Positions 17,139-27,481 of a stretch of 64,000 nucleotides of DNA are shown here, in pieces. Location of the stretch: the NCBI GenBank assembly GCA_022563195.1, contig JADFNV010000006.1:12045-76044 (forward strand), in the 5' to 3' direction. The position numbers were made by a program, and so were the translations under genes. The notes beneath the pieces are model-generated. The model saw nothing but the letters and a program-made list of their open reading frames with translations, made no database searches and was not told where the DNA came from. Within the stretch, counting starts at the first letter, position 1. The number at the start of each line of letters is the position of its first letter. This stretch comes from Pseudomonadota bacterium (lineage in GTDB: Bacteria; Pseudomonadota; Gammaproteobacteria; Steroidobacterales; Woeseiaceae).

Positions 17139-18485
17139 ATGCCATTAGCAATTGTATTGATTCTTTTGGTTGTAGGTTCGATCATCTTTCACTTCGTCAG
17201 TCCGTGGACGTTTACGCCAATTGCTTCGAATTGGGGAGCGATCGACTTCACGATCGATATCACTTTGTGGGTTACGGGATTCGTATTTGTCGCCGTAAAC
17301 CTGTTCATGGCCTACGTGATTATTCGCTATCGCCATCGGGAAGGTATCAAAGCTGACTACGAACCCGAAAACGCGAAACTGGAAGCCTGGCTCACCGTTA
17401 TAACGACGATAGGGGTCGCCGCGATGTTGGCACCCGGCCTGATCGTCTGGGCAAAGTTTGTCGCACCCCCGGAAGACTCAATCGAAATCGAAGCTATCGG
17501 CCAGCAATGGAAATGGACCTTTCGCCTGCCGGGCGAGGACGGCGATTTCGGACACACCGATTCCCGTTTAATCACCGTAGACAATCCGTTCGGCATCAAT
17601 CCGGATGACCCCAATGGACAGGATGACATTTTAGTCGATGATGCCATCGTGCACATTCCAGTCAATGAACCCGTCCTTTTCTGGTTGCGCTCCAAAGACG
17701 TATTGCATAACTTCACGGTTGCACAATTCAGAGTCAAGATGGACCTGGTTCCTGGCATGGAAACTTATATGTGGCTGGAACCGACTGTAGTTGGCGAATA
17801 TGAAATTCTTTGCGAGGAGTTGTGTGGTATTGCGCATCACGCCATGCGCGGCAGGGTTGTTGTGGACGAGCCCGCGGACTACGAAGCGTGGGTAGCGAGC
17901 CAACCGACTTTTGCCGAACTCCAGGCGAGAGCACCCGACCCTGCGCTAGGCGCAGCATCGTATGCCGTGTGTGCCGCATGCCATGGTTCGCAGGGTGAGG
18001 GCCTGGTAGCTCTGAACGCGCCGAAACTCAGTGGTCAGGATCCGCAGTACCTGAAACGACAGCTACGAAATTATAAGTCCGGCCTGCGCGGCATTCATGA
18101 AGATGACGTCAATGGACGCATAATGGCACCCATGGCGGCTACGCTGTTCAACGATGCAATGATCGATAACGTCATCGCCTATATCGGCACCTTGGACGAT
18201 ATACCGGCGCCAGCTACGATCGATGGAGACGTCGCTCATGGCGCCAGGCTGTATGCACTCTGTGCCAATTGCCATGGCAAAGACGGGCAGGGCATTAAGA
18301 TGAATGCACCACGGCAAGCTGGTATCAACGACTGGTATCTTCTGAGTCAGCTTAAGAATTTCAAACAGGGGCTGCGCGGACATCATCCGGAAGATCTCAG
18401 TGGCAACCAGATGCGGGCTATGGCCCTGACACTTCAGGATGAGCAGGCGATGCGGGATGTCATCGCTTACATCAATTCTTTATAG
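17139..18485 (+). CDS. coxB: caa3-type cytochrome c oxidase subunit II with a fused C-terminal dihaem cytochrome c domain
   Basis: 448 aa. The CuA site reads HNFTV...CEELCGIAHHAM. Two CxxCH motifs (CAACHG, CANCHG) lie in the C-terminal ~170 aa. Confidence 0.9.
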   Translation: MPLAIVLILLVVGSIIFHFVSPWTFTPIASNWGAIDFTIDITLWVTGFVFVAVNLFMAYVIIRYRHREGIKADYEPENAKLEAWLTVITTIGVAAMLAPGLIVWAKFVAPPEDSIEIEAIGQQWKWTFRLPGEDGDFGHTDSRLITVDNPFGINPDDPNGQDDILVDDAIVHIPVNEPVLFWLRSKDVLHNFTVAQFRVKMDLVPGMETYMWLEPTVVGEYEILCEELCGIAHHAMRGRVVVDEPADYEAWVASQPTFAELQARAPDPALGAASYAVCAACHGSQGEGLVALNAPKLSGQDPQYLKRQLRNYKSGLRGIHEDDVNGRIMAPMAATLFNDAMIDNVIAYIGTLDDIPAPATIDGDVAHGARLYALCANCHGKDGQGIKMNAPRQAGINDWYLLSQLKNFKQGLRGHHPEDLSGNQMRAMALTLQDEQAMRDVIAYINSL

Positions 18486-18551
18486 ACGACGAATGCGAGA
18501 CATCAGCATGGTCAACTTTTTAAACTACGGCTCAAGCGCGAGGGGATTTTG

Positions 18552-20315
18552 ATGGCATACGTTGCAATTGCTGATCGCGATCACGAAATAGAGCACCACG
18601 ATCCGACGACATTTATCAGCAAGTACGTCTGGAGTCAGGACCACAAGGTCATTGCAATTCAGTACGGCATTACGGCGATGTTCGTTGGTCTGATCGCGTT
18701 GATCCTGTCAGGAATGATGCGCCTGCAGCTTGGCTTTCCGAATAGTTTTTCGTTTATAACGCCGACCGAGTACTACCAGTTCATTACGATGCACGGGATG
18801 ATCATGGTCATCTTCCTGTTGACGGCGCTGTTCCTGGGTGGCTTCGGCAATTACCTCATACCGTTGATGATCGGCGCGCGGGACATGGTATTCCCGTACA
18901 TGAACATGCTGAGCTATTGGCTATATCTCGTGTCCGTCATCATTCTGCTGTCGAGCTTTTTTGTCACCGGAGGGCCGACCGGAGCGGGCTGGACACTTTA
19001 TCCACCCCAGGCCATCCTTCCCGGCACCCCAGGCACGGACTGGGGCATCGTGCTTATGCTGGGGTCGCTCGCCGTGTTCATCGTGGCATTTACGATGGGC
19101 GGCCTGAACTATGTCACGACCATCCTGCAGGCGCGTGCGCGCGGCATGACGCTGATGAGAATGCCACTGTCGCTGTGGGGCATTTTCGTAGCAACCATTC
19201 TGGGCCTTCTGGCCTTTCCGGCCTTGTTCGTCAGCGCCGTAATGATGACGCTGGACAAAGCAGCCGGCACTAGCTTCTTCATGCCCGCCATCATGTCGAT
19301 GGGGGAAACAATGAGTCACGAGGGCGGCAGCCCAATACTATTCCAGCACCTGTTCTGGTTCTTCGGCCATCCTGAAGTGTATATTGTCGCACTGCCAGCA
19401 TTTGGTCTGGTCTCGGACCTTCTCAGCACGCATGCGAGAAAAAATATCTTCGGCTATCGCATGATGGTCTGGGCGATACTCGCAATCGGCGGACTCAGTT
19501 TTATCGTCTGGGCTCACCATATGTACGTCAGCGGCATGAATCCTTATTTCGGATTCTTCTTTGCGACAACGACATTGATCATTGCGGTGCCAACAGCAAT
19601 CAAAGTCTACAACTGGGTATTGACTTTGTGGAAGGGAAATATCCACCTGAACACACCGATGCTGTTTGCTATCGGCTTCATATTCACTTTCACGCATGGT
19701 GGACTGACCGGCATTTTCCTGGGCAACGTGGTTGTCGATCTACCGTTGTCCGACACCTATTTTGTCGTCGCACATTTCCATATGGTGATGGGTGTATCGC
19801 CCGTGCTGGTCGTGTTCGGCTCGATTTACCACTGGTATCCGAAGATCACGGGCAGGATGTTCAACGAGACGCTCGGCAAGTGGCATTTCTGGCTCACGTT
19901 CCTCGGCACCTATGCCATATATTTACCGATGCATTATCTTGGTTTCCTAGGAGTACCGCGGCGCTATTTCGCAATGGGCGACACTGAGTTCATACCTGAG
20001 TCCGCGTTCGTGTTGAACCAGAGTATTACGATATCGGCTCTGTTTGTCGGCGTAGTTCAGCTGCTGTTCCTGTACAACATGATCGTGAGCCTCAAGAAGG
20101 GCAAACCGGCCGGACCAAACCCGTGGCGAGCAACGACACTCGAGTGGCAGACTCCTGATACGCCACCGAAGCATGGCAACTGGGGCCACAGTTTGCCAGT
20201 CGTACATCGCTGGGCATACGACTACAGCGTGCCCGGTTACCACGACGACTTTATTCCGCAAAACGTACCCGCCGACGCAGCGCCGGTGACGGAAGAGCAC
20301 GGACCTGATACATGA
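18552..20315 (+). CDS. coxA: Cytochrome c oxidase subunit I
   Basis: About 587 aa with 12 TM helices and haem-copper signatures (WFFGHPEVYI, HHMYV, VAHFHMV). I prefer the ATG at 18552, which has the SD GAGGGG 6 nt upstream, over the TTG at 18549 used by the ORF track. Confidence 0.95.
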   Translation: MAYVAIADRDHEIEHHDPTTFISKYVWSQDHKVIAIQYGITAMFVGLIALILSGMMRLQLGFPNSFSFITPTEYYQFITMHGMIMVIFLLTALFLGGFGNYLIPLMIGARDMVFPYMNMLSYWLYLVSVIILLSSFFVTGGPTGAGWTLYPPQAILPGTPGTDWGIVLMLGSLAVFIVAFTMGGLNYVTTILQARARGMTLMRMPLSLWGIFVATILGLLAFPALFVSAVMMTLDKAAGTSFFMPAIMSMGETMSHEGGSPILFQHLFWFFGHPEVYIVALPAFGLVSDLLSTHARKNIFGYRMMVWAILAIGGLSFIVWAHHMYVSGMNPYFGFFFATTTLIIAVPTAIKVYNWVLTLWKGNIHLNTPMLFAIGFIFTFTHGGLTGIFLGNVVVDLPLSDTYFVVAHFHMVMGVSPVLVVFGSIYHWYPKITGRMFNETLGKWHFWLTFLGTYAIYLPMHYLGFLGVPRRYFAMGDTEFIPESAFVLNQSITISALFVGVVQLLFLYNMIVSLKKGKPAGPNPWRATTLEWQTPDTPPKHGNWGHSLPVVHRWAYDYSVPGYHDDFIPQNVPADAAPVTEEHGPDT

Positions 20316-20977
20316 CGATCATACTCGTACTTCTCGCCATCATCATGGCGACCGTTATCGGGTGGCTGTTGCGCCAGTCTTTGAGCTCGGAGCCGTGGAA
20401 CGCGAATGATCCTGTTGAAAATCAGCCGGGCCGGGGTGTCTTAAATGTAGATCCCGCAAAGATCGGCTTATGGTCTTTTATGGCGGTGGTCACATCGTTG
20501 TTCGCGTTATTCATGAGCGCCTACATGATGCGCATGAATCTCGGCGACTGGCGTCCGCTGACTGAACCTGTGTTGCTCTGGGCGAACACCGCGGTCCTCG
20601 TACTGGCCAGTTTCGCCTTTCAACTGGCGCGCAATGCTGCGACCAGGGGACAGCTCACCGCCGTAAAAACCTGGCTGCTCATAGGCGGAGTGAGTACCGC
20701 ATTGTTTCTGTTGGGCCAACTTGTCGCATGGCAACAATTGAACGCGGCCGGATATTATTTGACCAGCAACCCGGCCAATGCCTTTTTCTACCTGCTCACC
20801 GCGCTGCATGGACTGCATTTGCTGGGTGGCATGTGGGTCTGGGGCCGGACGACAATTCGGGCTTTGAGCGGTGCGAATGTCGAAAGTGTGTGCTTGAGCG
20901 TCGAACTGTGCACCGTCTATTGGCACTATTTACTACTCGTCTGGATCGGATTGTTCGGTTTGCTGTTATCTACGTAG
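20312..20977 (+). CDS. Cytochrome c oxidase subunit III family protein (second, divergent paralogue)
   Basis: 221 aa and multi-TM. The C-terminal segment reads LTALHGLHLLGG...YWHYLLLVW, as in subunit III. An ATGA overlap joins it to coxA. Confidence 0.65.
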   Translation: MTIILVLLAIIMATVIGWLLRQSLSSEPWNANDPVENQPGRGVLNVDPAKIGLWSFMAVVTSLFALFMSAYMMRMNLGDWRPLTEPVLLWANTAVLVLASFAFQLARNAATRGQLTAVKTWLLIGGVSTALFLLGQLVAWQQLNAAGYYLTSNPANAFFYLLTALHGLHLLGGMWVWGRTTIRALSGANVESVCLSVELCTVYWHYLLLVWIGLFGLLLST

Positions 20978-20991
20978 AAGGATAAGGACAT

Positions 20992-21663
20992 ATGTCTGAA
21001 GCTGTATTGACTGAGACCGGAAGTGGCACCGTAGCCGACTTCTCTGCAGATAAACAGACATTTCATGTGCCCTGGGGCAAGGCCATGATGTGGTTCTTCC
21101 TCCTGAGCGATACTTTTATCTTCGGCAGCTTCCTGACCGGTTACATGACGGTACGAATGTCTGCCAGAGACGCCTGGCCCGTTCCGAGTGAGGTGTTTGC
21201 GCTGTCATTTGGCGGCGAACCCATTCCTCTTATACTGATCGCAATCATGACGTTCATCCTGATCTCATCGAGCGGCACGATGGCAATGGCCGTCAAAATG
21301 GGCTATCGCGGGGAAAAGAACAAAGCATTCTGGCTCATGCTGGCCACCGCGGGATTCGGCGTGATGTTCGTCAGCATGCAGGCGTTCGAATGGACCAAAC
21401 TGATCGTGGACGACGGCGTGCGTCTCTGGAGCAATCCGATGGGTGCGTCCCAGTTCGGCTCGACCTTTTTCATGATTACGGGGTTTCACGGGCTGCATGT
21501 AAGCGTTGGCGTGATCTACCTGATCGTCACTGCCCGTAGAGTCAAATCCGGCTTCTATGACAGAACGCGCGGCAATTACGAAATGGTGGAAATAACCGGG
21601 CTGTACTGGCATTTCGTCGATCTCGTCTGGGTTTTCATCTTCGCGTTTTTCTATCTTTGGTAG
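20992..21663 (+). CDS. coxC: Cytochrome c oxidase subunit III
   Basis: 223 aa with FMITGFHGLHVSVGVIYL and LYWHFVDLVWVFIF. Confidence 0.9.
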   Translation: MSEAVLTETGSGTVADFSADKQTFHVPWGKAMMWFFLLSDTFIFGSFLTGYMTVRMSARDAWPVPSEVFALSFGGEPIPLILIAIMTFILISSSGTMAMAVKMGYRGEKNKAFWLMLATAGFGVMFVSMQAFEWTKLIVDDGVRLWSNPMGASQFGSTFFMITGFHGLHVSVGVIYLIVTARRVKSGFYDRTRGNYEMVEITGLYWHFVDLVWVFIFAFFYLW

Positions 21664-21686
21664 GTTTCCGGTAAGAGGTTTTTCAC

Positions 21687-22028
21687 ATGGCGCAGGATAG
21701 TGGACAAGAACACCCCCTTAGTCTTTATTTCGGCATCTGGGGACTGTTGTTCGTATTAAGTTTTTTCTCTTACATGGTGGACTACATGAATTTCCAGGGC
21801 GGCCTGCGCTGGACCTTGATTCTCATCTTCATGTTTTTGAAAGCAGGGTTCATCGTCGCCATTTTCATGCACCTGGCCTGGGAGCGGCTGGCACTGAAGA
21901 TCGTAATTCTCGGTCCGCCGGTTGCCTTGATGGTTCTTGTCCTGTTGATGACCTACGAGTCGGACTATACGTTTAACACAAGGCTGGAGTTTTCCGGTGC
22001 CAGCACTATGCAGCCAGTTCACCACTAG
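21687..22028 (+). CDS. Small prokaryotic cytochrome c oxidase subunit IV family membrane protein
   Basis: 113 aa with 3 TM segments. It is the last gene of the cox operon and has the SD AAGAGG. Confidence 0.65.
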   Translation: MAQDSGQEHPLSLYFGIWGLLFVLSFFSYMVDYMNFQGGLRWTLILIFMFLKAGFIVAIFMHLAWERLALKIVILGPPVALMVLVLLMTYESDYTFNTRLEFSGASTMQPVHH

Positions 22029-22102
22029 TACTCCGTCGAGGTGATATTGATGGGCAAGCTAGCGAATGCGAAGGGCTGGTGTTCTGTCTGGGTCCCCAAG
22101 CC

Positions 22103-22354
22103 CTAGAAAATTGTCTCCGCCATCGCGAGTATAACCATAGCAACAAGAATCAGGACCGGGACCAGCGTCCAGATAAATTCGATCAGTGTGCTGCTGGCAA
22201 ATGAAGCCGGTGCGGGATCTAATGATCGCCGATGGGCAAACATCGTGTAAAACATAGCGGCAATCACGATAATGCCGACTACGACGCATACCCACAGACC
22301 CATGGTGTGAATCTGCTGCAGGCGCACACTGATATCAGTGACGCCCGGGCTCAT
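22103..22354 (-). pseudogene. Orphan fragment of an aa3-type oxidase subunit II: the two N-terminal TM helices only, with no CuA domain
   Basis: The 83-aa ORF reads IHTMGLWVCVVVGIIVIAAMFYTMFAHRR...SSTLIEFIWTLVPVLILVAMVILAM. That matches the COX2 transmembrane-domain pattern (H..L.EI.WT.IP.LIL). It ends in a stop, and no CuA-like sequence appears in any frame downstream. Confidence 0.5.
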
Positions 22355-22459
22355 GCTCGCCGCGCTCTGCTGGAGGATTTTTGCAAAGTTTTCTCTTCGT
22401 TTCTAAGTGTATTGCCTGTAGCCATGGCCGCTGGTGCCACCGCCATGCTACCGCAACGG

Positions 22460-23581
22460 TCAGGCCACCTTCAAGGCGTCCTCTGACGGCAGGTATTCAT
22501 AACCGAGCTCGTGAGCGACAGCCTCGTGATTGATACGCCCGGCATGAACGTTCAGGCCATTGGCCAAATGCGGGTCTGCGATCAGCGCCTCGCGCCACCC
22601 CCGGTTTGCCAGCGCCTTGACGAAAGGCAAGGTCGCATTGGTTAGCGCAAAGGTGCTGGTACGCGGTACCGCGCCAGGCATGTTGGTGACGCAATAGTGC
22701 ACGACATCGTCGACGATAAAAGTGGGTTCCGCGTGTGTCGTTGGACGACTGGTTTCGAAGCATCCACCCTGGTCAATCGAAATGTCGACGAGTACCGCGC
22801 CCCGGTGCATGTCCACAACATTTTGCGCGGTGACGAGCTTAGGCGCAGCGGCGCCCGCCACCAGGACGGCGCCAACAACGAGATCCGCTTCTGGAACGAG
22901 ACGATCGATTTCGTGCCTGGTCGAGTACACGGTATGAATACGCCCGCCCCAGATATCATCGATCTCGCGAAGCCTCGGCAGGGACCGATCGAGAATGGTC
23001 ACGTGTGCGCCGAGACCGATGGCCATGTGTGCGGCATTGGTGCCAGCGACACCACCGCCGATGATGACGACCTTGCCCGGCTCCACGCCCGGCACACCGC
23101 CAAGCAATACGCCGCGACCACCGTTTGCTTTTTGTAATGCGAACGCGCCGCTCTGAATGGCAAGCCGTCCCGCAACTTCGGACATTGGCGTCAATAGCGG
23201 TAAAGAACCGTCGCCCGCCGTTACGGTCTCGTAAGCAATCGCCGTCGTGCCGGCATTCACGAGCCCCTTGGTCTGCGCAGGATCTGCGGCCAAATGCAGA
23301 TACGTAAACAATACCTGGTCTTTCCGAAGCATCGCGCACTCGTTAATTTGAGGTTCCTTAACCTTGACAATCATGTCAGCAAGCGCAAACACCTCCTCGG
23401 GCCTCGCTAACACTGTTGCGCCAGCGGCCTCGTAATCTGCGTCGGTCATGCCGATGCCCGCGCCGGCATTCGTCTCCACGACTACTTCGTGGCCGTCGTG
23501 CACGAGTTCGACAACACCCGCTGGCGTCATGCCAACGCGGAACTCGAGTGTCTTGATTTCTTTGGGTATCCCGATCTTCAT
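22460..23581 (-). CDS. ald: Alanine dehydrogenase
   Basis: 373 aa. The N-terminus reads [23 protein letters not shown] and the NAD-binding loop reads [14 protein letters not shown]. Confidence 0.95.
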   Translation of the reverse strand: MKIGIPKEIKTLEFRVGMTPAGVVELVHDGHEVVVETNAGAGIGMTDADYEAAGATVLARPEEVFALADMIVKVKEPQINECAMLRKDQVLFTYLHLAADPAQTKGLVNAGTTAIAYETVTAGDGSLPLLTPMSEVAGRLAIQSGAFALQKANGGRGVLLGGVPGVEPGKVVIIGGGVAGTNAAHMAIGLGAHVTILDRSLPRLREIDDIWGGRIHTVYSTRHEIDRLVPEADLVVGAVLVAGAAAPKLVTAQNVVDMHRGAVLVDISIDQGGCFETSRPTTHAEPTFIVDDVVHYCVTNMPGAVPRTSTFALTNATLPFVKALANRGWREALIADPHLANGLNVHAGRINHEAVAHELGYEYLPSEDALKVA

Positions 23582-23718
23582 GAGCTCTCTCCCTTTCTCG
23601 CGATCCTTGCTGCCACAATACCGCGGTAATTACGCTATTTCCGTGCATTATTGATGACTTATGGCTATAAATATGGCATTTTCCTCGGTTATATGATGCT
23701 TTTGAGCAATATTCTGCT

Positions 23719-24180
23719 ATGACGCTTGACCGATTTGATAAGGTGATTCTGGAGGCCCTGCAACGCGACGGCCGCATTAGTAATGTGCAACTTGCCGCAC
23801 TGGTGAACTTGTCGGAGTCGGCCTGCCTGCGACGCGTGCGTGCGCTCGAGGACGACGGTTTCATCGATCGATATGCCGCTCTCGTCAGTCAGCGAAAAGC
23901 CGGCCTGCCGGGTAATATTTTTGTCCACATCGGTCTGCACCGCGAAGAACAAAGTGAGCTCGACGCTTTCGAAGAAGCCGTCAGGAACATTCCCGAGGTC
24001 ATGGAATGCTACCTGATGACGGGTGAGTTCGATTACCTGTTACGCGTGGTCGTGTCGGACATGGCCGATTTCGAACGCCTGCACAAGGAAGCACTGACTC
24101 GCTTGCCCGGCGTTGCCCGCGTGAATTCGAGTGTTGCTATTCGAACAGTGCAGAAAAAGACAGAATTGCCGTTGCGGTAG
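23719..24180 (+). CDS. Lrp/AsnC-family transcriptional regulator
   Basis: 153 aa with the HTH ISNVQLAALVNLSESACLRRVRALE plus a RAM/ACT-like C-domain. It is divergent from ald. Confidence 0.9.
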   Translation: MTLDRFDKVILEALQRDGRISNVQLAALVNLSESACLRRVRALEDDGFIDRYAALVSQRKAGLPGNIFVHIGLHREEQSELDAFEEAVRNIPEVMECYLMTGEFDYLLRVVVSDMADFERLHKEALTRLPGVARVNSSVAIRTVQKKTELPLR

Positions 24181-24202
24181 AGTGTCAACAGACGCGTAAA
24201 CG

Positions 24203-25132
24203 ATGACAGACGATGACGCACTGCGCGAGATTATTGAAGGCTTACAGCAAGCCGAGAAAATGATCTCGCCGAAATATTTTTACGATGAGCGAGGTTCGCA
24301 GCTCTTCGATAAAATTACGCAACTCCCGGAGTACTACCCGACCGAAACCGAACTCGGCATCATGCGCGCCAACATCGATGAGTTCGCACAACTCATGGGA
24401 CCGCAGGCAAGCCTGATAGAGTTTGGCAGCGGCTCCAGTCGCAAGACTCGTGTATTGCTCAAAAACCTGATCGAACAGGCCGTCTATGTTCCCGTCGACA
24501 TTTCGGAACAGCACTTACTCGAGTCAGCGCGGCGGTTGCGATCTGAATTTCCCGACCTGGAGATTCTGCCAGTCGTCGCGGACTTTACGCGGCCGTTCGA
24601 ACTGCCCAGTCCAACTGTCATGCCGCTGCGTAACATCGTTTACTTTCCTGGTTCGACGATCGGCAATTTTACGCACGACGCAGCGATTGAGTTACTGAAA
24701 GTCATGCACCACGGGGCCGGAAATGGTGGTGCGATGCTCATCGGTGTCGACCTGCAGAAAGACCCAAACATCATAGAGCGGGCCTACAACGACAGTGCCG
24801 GGGTTACCGCGGAATTCAATCTCAACGTATTGCGGCGACTCAACCGGGAGTACGATTCTGACTTTGACCTGGACGCCTTCACCCATAAGGCACGCTACAA
24901 TTCGGATGCAGGCCGAATCGAGATGCGCCTCATCAATTCGTGCGACCAGATCGTCAATGTTGGCACGGAAGTCATATCGATTACCGCGGGTGAAGGCATA
25001 CTGACGGAGTACTCGCACAAGTACACGCTGGATGGATTTGCGGCGATGGCTGAAAGCGCCGGGTTCAGAGTTGCGAAGGTCTGGACCGACGCCGACGAGT
25101 TATTCAGCATCCAGTATTGTGTGCGCACCTGA
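24203..25132 (+). CDS. EgtD-like SAM-dependent histidine N-alpha-methyltransferase family protein
   Basis: 309 aa. The N-terminal signature reads ISPKYFYDERGSQLFDKITQLPEYYPTETE and the SAM loop reads IEFGSGSS. Confidence 0.75.
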   Translation: MTDDDALREIIEGLQQAEKMISPKYFYDERGSQLFDKITQLPEYYPTETELGIMRANIDEFAQLMGPQASLIEFGSGSSRKTRVLLKNLIEQAVYVPVDISEQHLLESARRLRSEFPDLEILPVVADFTRPFELPSPTVMPLRNIVYFPGSTIGNFTHDAAIELLKVMHHGAGNGGAMLIGVDLQKDPNIIERAYNDSAGVTAEFNLNVLRRLNREYDSDFDLDAFTHKARYNSDAGRIEMRLINSCDQIVNVGTEVISITAGEGILTEYSHKYTLDGFAAMAESAGFRVAKVWTDADELFSIQYCVRT

Positions 25133-25276
25133 CCTGTAGGGATTGAGCCCCTGTAGTTAGTATTATCCACGCCGCAACGAGATTTGCTGTGGGCATTGTC
25201 ACAACCTCAGCTGTGAATACGTCTTTGGTATTTACATATTCTACCTACGCGAAAGAACGTGAGGGCGAAACCGTCC

Positions 25277-26146
25277 CTAAGGATATACCTCGGGCACAAA
25301 GGTCTGATCCGACAACGGCGGCCGCACATAGCTCGCTCCCGGATCGCGCTCGGGCAGCTCTATCGCGGGCGGCGTGAGGTCTTCGTACTCGAATGACTTG
25401 AGTAGATGGTGGATACAATTGAGCCGCGCGTGCTTTTTGACATCCGCGTTGACTACGTACCACGGTGCTTGCTCAATGTCGGTGTGCACGAAGTTTTCGT
25501 CCTTTGCGCGCGAGTACTCGACCCAACGCTGGCGTGACTCAAGATCCATTGGGCTGAGCTTCCAGTGCTTGTGCGGCATATCGATGCGGCCCTGGAACCT
25601 TTTCTCCTGCTCCTCGTCGGACACGGAGAACCAGTACTTGATGAGGACGATGCCGGAGCGCACCAGCATGCGCTCGAACTCCGGGCAGGATCGAAGGAAT
25701 TCGTGGTACTCGTCGTCGGTGCAGAAGCCCATAACTCGCTCGACGCCGGCGCGATTGTACCAGCTGCGATCGAGCAGGACGATTTCGCCCGCAGCGGGCA
25801 AGTGCGCAACGTAGCGTTGAAAGTACCACTGCGTCTTCTCGCGCTCCGTGGGCGCGGGCAGCGCGACCACGCGACAGATGCGTGGGCTGAGGTGCTCGGT
25901 GATCCGCTTGATGACGCCGCCCTTGCCGGCAGCATCCCGGCCCTCGAATATGACGACCACCCTGAGCCCCTCGTGGACGATCCAACGTTGCAGCTTGACC
26001 AGCTCGAGCTGCAGGCGGAACAGCTCCTTCTCGTAAACCTTGTTTTTAATCTTGCGGCGTTTTTCAGGGGCGGCTGCCGGTTTCGTCCCATCTCGGCTCT
26101 TTACTGCTTTATTCTTTTTCGAGCGGTTCTCCTTGGCATTTGTCAT
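25277..26146 (-). CDS. ppk2: Polyphosphate kinase 2
   Basis: 289 aa with the Walker-A-like motif FEGRDAAGKGG and a PPK2 lid region. Confidence 0.9.
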   Translation of the reverse strand: MTNAKENRSKKNKAVKSRDGTKPAAAPEKRRKIKNKVYEKELFRLQLELVKLQRWIVHEGLRVVVIFEGRDAAGKGGVIKRITEHLSPRICRVVALPAPTEREKTQWYFQRYVAHLPAAGEIVLLDRSWYNRAGVERVMGFCTDDEYHEFLRSCPEFERMLVRSGIVLIKYWFSVSDEEQEKRFQGRIDMPHKHWKLSPMDLESRQRWVEYSRAKDENFVHTDIEQAPWYVVNADVKKHARLNCIHHLLKSFEYEDLTPPAIELPERDPGASYVRPPLSDQTFVPEVYP

Positions 26147-26157
26147 CGTCGTTGCTC

Positions 26158-26430
26158 CTACGACTTTGGGGGCACGTACTCCTTCGGTGCAGCCGAGCCT
26201 TCACCGAAGAAATACTTTTCCATTTCTTTTTCGAGAAAACTGCGCGCTTCGGGTTCGATCGGCGTCAATCGATATTCGTTAATCAGCATTTTCTGGTGCT
26301 CGACCCAGCGTTGCCATGCCTGCTTTGAGACATTGTCATAAATACGCTGACCCAGTTCACCTGGATACGGCGCATAGTCGAGACCCTCGGCCTCCTCGCC
26401 CATGAGGGCGCAGTTAACTGTTCGTGACAT
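26158..26430 (-). CDS. yggX: Fe(2+)-trafficking / oxidative-damage protection protein YggX
   Basis: 90 aa. [31 protein letters not shown]...[10 protein letters not shown] can be aligned along its full length with YggX. It lies downstream of mutY, as in enterics. Confidence 0.9.
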   Translation of the reverse strand: MSRTVNCALMGEEAEGLDYAPYPGELGQRIYDNVSKQAWQRWVEHQKMLINEYRLTPIEPEARSFLEKEMEKYFFGEGSAAPKEYVPPKS

Positions 26431-27481
26431 GTTGTTCCGCTCTCAATTGATCGATCAGCTTTCGCACCGGCGCGGCGATGCCGCCCGGCGGTTTTTCTTC
26501 CAGGCGATACCATCTGACGTCCGCTGTGTCGGCTACTCTACGCGACGAGGCGTTGATGCGCACAACAATGGGCCGAATATCGAGATCGTAGTGACTGAAG
26601 CTGTGCCGCAACGTGTCCCGGGGTTCTACGTCACAGCGGCTGTTTTCCAGGTTGCGACGGCACCAGTCATCCACACTGTCATCGTCCATCTCAGGCAAGC
26701 TCCATAGTCCGCCCCAGATACCTGCAGCCGGTCGTCGCTCAAGGTAGATCGAATCGTTCCTGACGGCGAGCACCATCGTTGTTTTCCTGAGAGGTTTGTC
26801 CTTTTTCAGTTTTATCCCCGGATACTGGCTGATCGCATCGCGCAAGCGCGCACTGCAGTCCGCGCGTACCGGACACTCATCGCAAAGTGGCCTGCGACGC
26901 AGACAGATCGTCGCGCCGAGGTCCATGATGGCTTGTGTATACGCCGCGACACGACCATCCGGTGTGTTTTTTTCCGCGGCATCCCAAAGCCGCCTGGCTG
27001 TGGGGGTGTTGCCGGGCCAGCCTGCAATCGCGTTATGGCGAGCCAAAACGCGTTTGACGTTGCCATCGAGAATAGCGTGACGCTGCCCGAACGCCAGCGA
27101 CAGGATTGCGCCAGCGGTGGACCGACCGATACCCGGTAGCGCTACTACCAATTCGAACTGATCGGGAAACACGCCGCCGTGTTCGTCTCGCACCGTCTGC
27201 GCGGCCTGGTGCAGGTTTCGAGCGCGCGCATAGTAGCCGAGGCCCGACCACTGGTGCAAGACATCGTCTAAAGCCGCATCAGCCAGACTATTGATATCCG
27301 GAAAGCTCTGCAGGAACCGCCTGTAGTACGGGACTACGGTCTGCACCTGGGTTTGCTGCAACATGATTTCCGACACCCAGACTCGATATGCGTCCACTGG
27401 GTGTTGCCACGGCAATTCTTTGCGGCCGTGCTCCTCATACCACAGCAACACCCTGCTGGCGAAATCACTCATCGCTGCCAT
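26414..27481 (-). CDS. mutY: A/G-specific adenine DNA glycosylase
   Basis: 355 aa with the HhH-GPD motif [17 protein letters not shown], the 4Fe-4S cluster loop [17 protein letters not shown] and a NUDIX-like C-domain. Confidence 0.95.
   Translation of the reverse strand: MAAMSDFASRVLLWYEEHGRKELPWQHPVDAYRVWVSEIMLQQTQVQTVVPYYRRFLQSFPDINSLADAALDDVLHQWSGLGYYARARNLHQAAQTVRDEHGGVFPDQFELVVALPGIGRSTAGAILSLAFGQRHAILDGNVKRVLARHNAIAGWPGNTPTARRLWDAAEKNTPDGRVAAYTQAIMDLGATICLRRRPLCDECPVRADCSARLRDAISQYPGIKLKKDKPLRKTTMVLAVRNDSIYLERRPAAGIWGGLWSLPEMDDDSVDDWCRRNLENSRCDVEPRDTLRHSFSHYDLDIRPIVVRINASSRRVADTADVRWYRLEEKPPGGIAAPVRKLIDQLRAEQHVTNS

Noticed and set aside
25133-25156. CCTGTAGGGATTGAGCCCCTGTAG right after the EgtD-like stop, considered as a bona fide REP pair
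   Set aside because: Only degenerate halves of the motif are present, and its organisation is ambiguous. I mention it as a possible decayed copy but do not list it as a confident feature.
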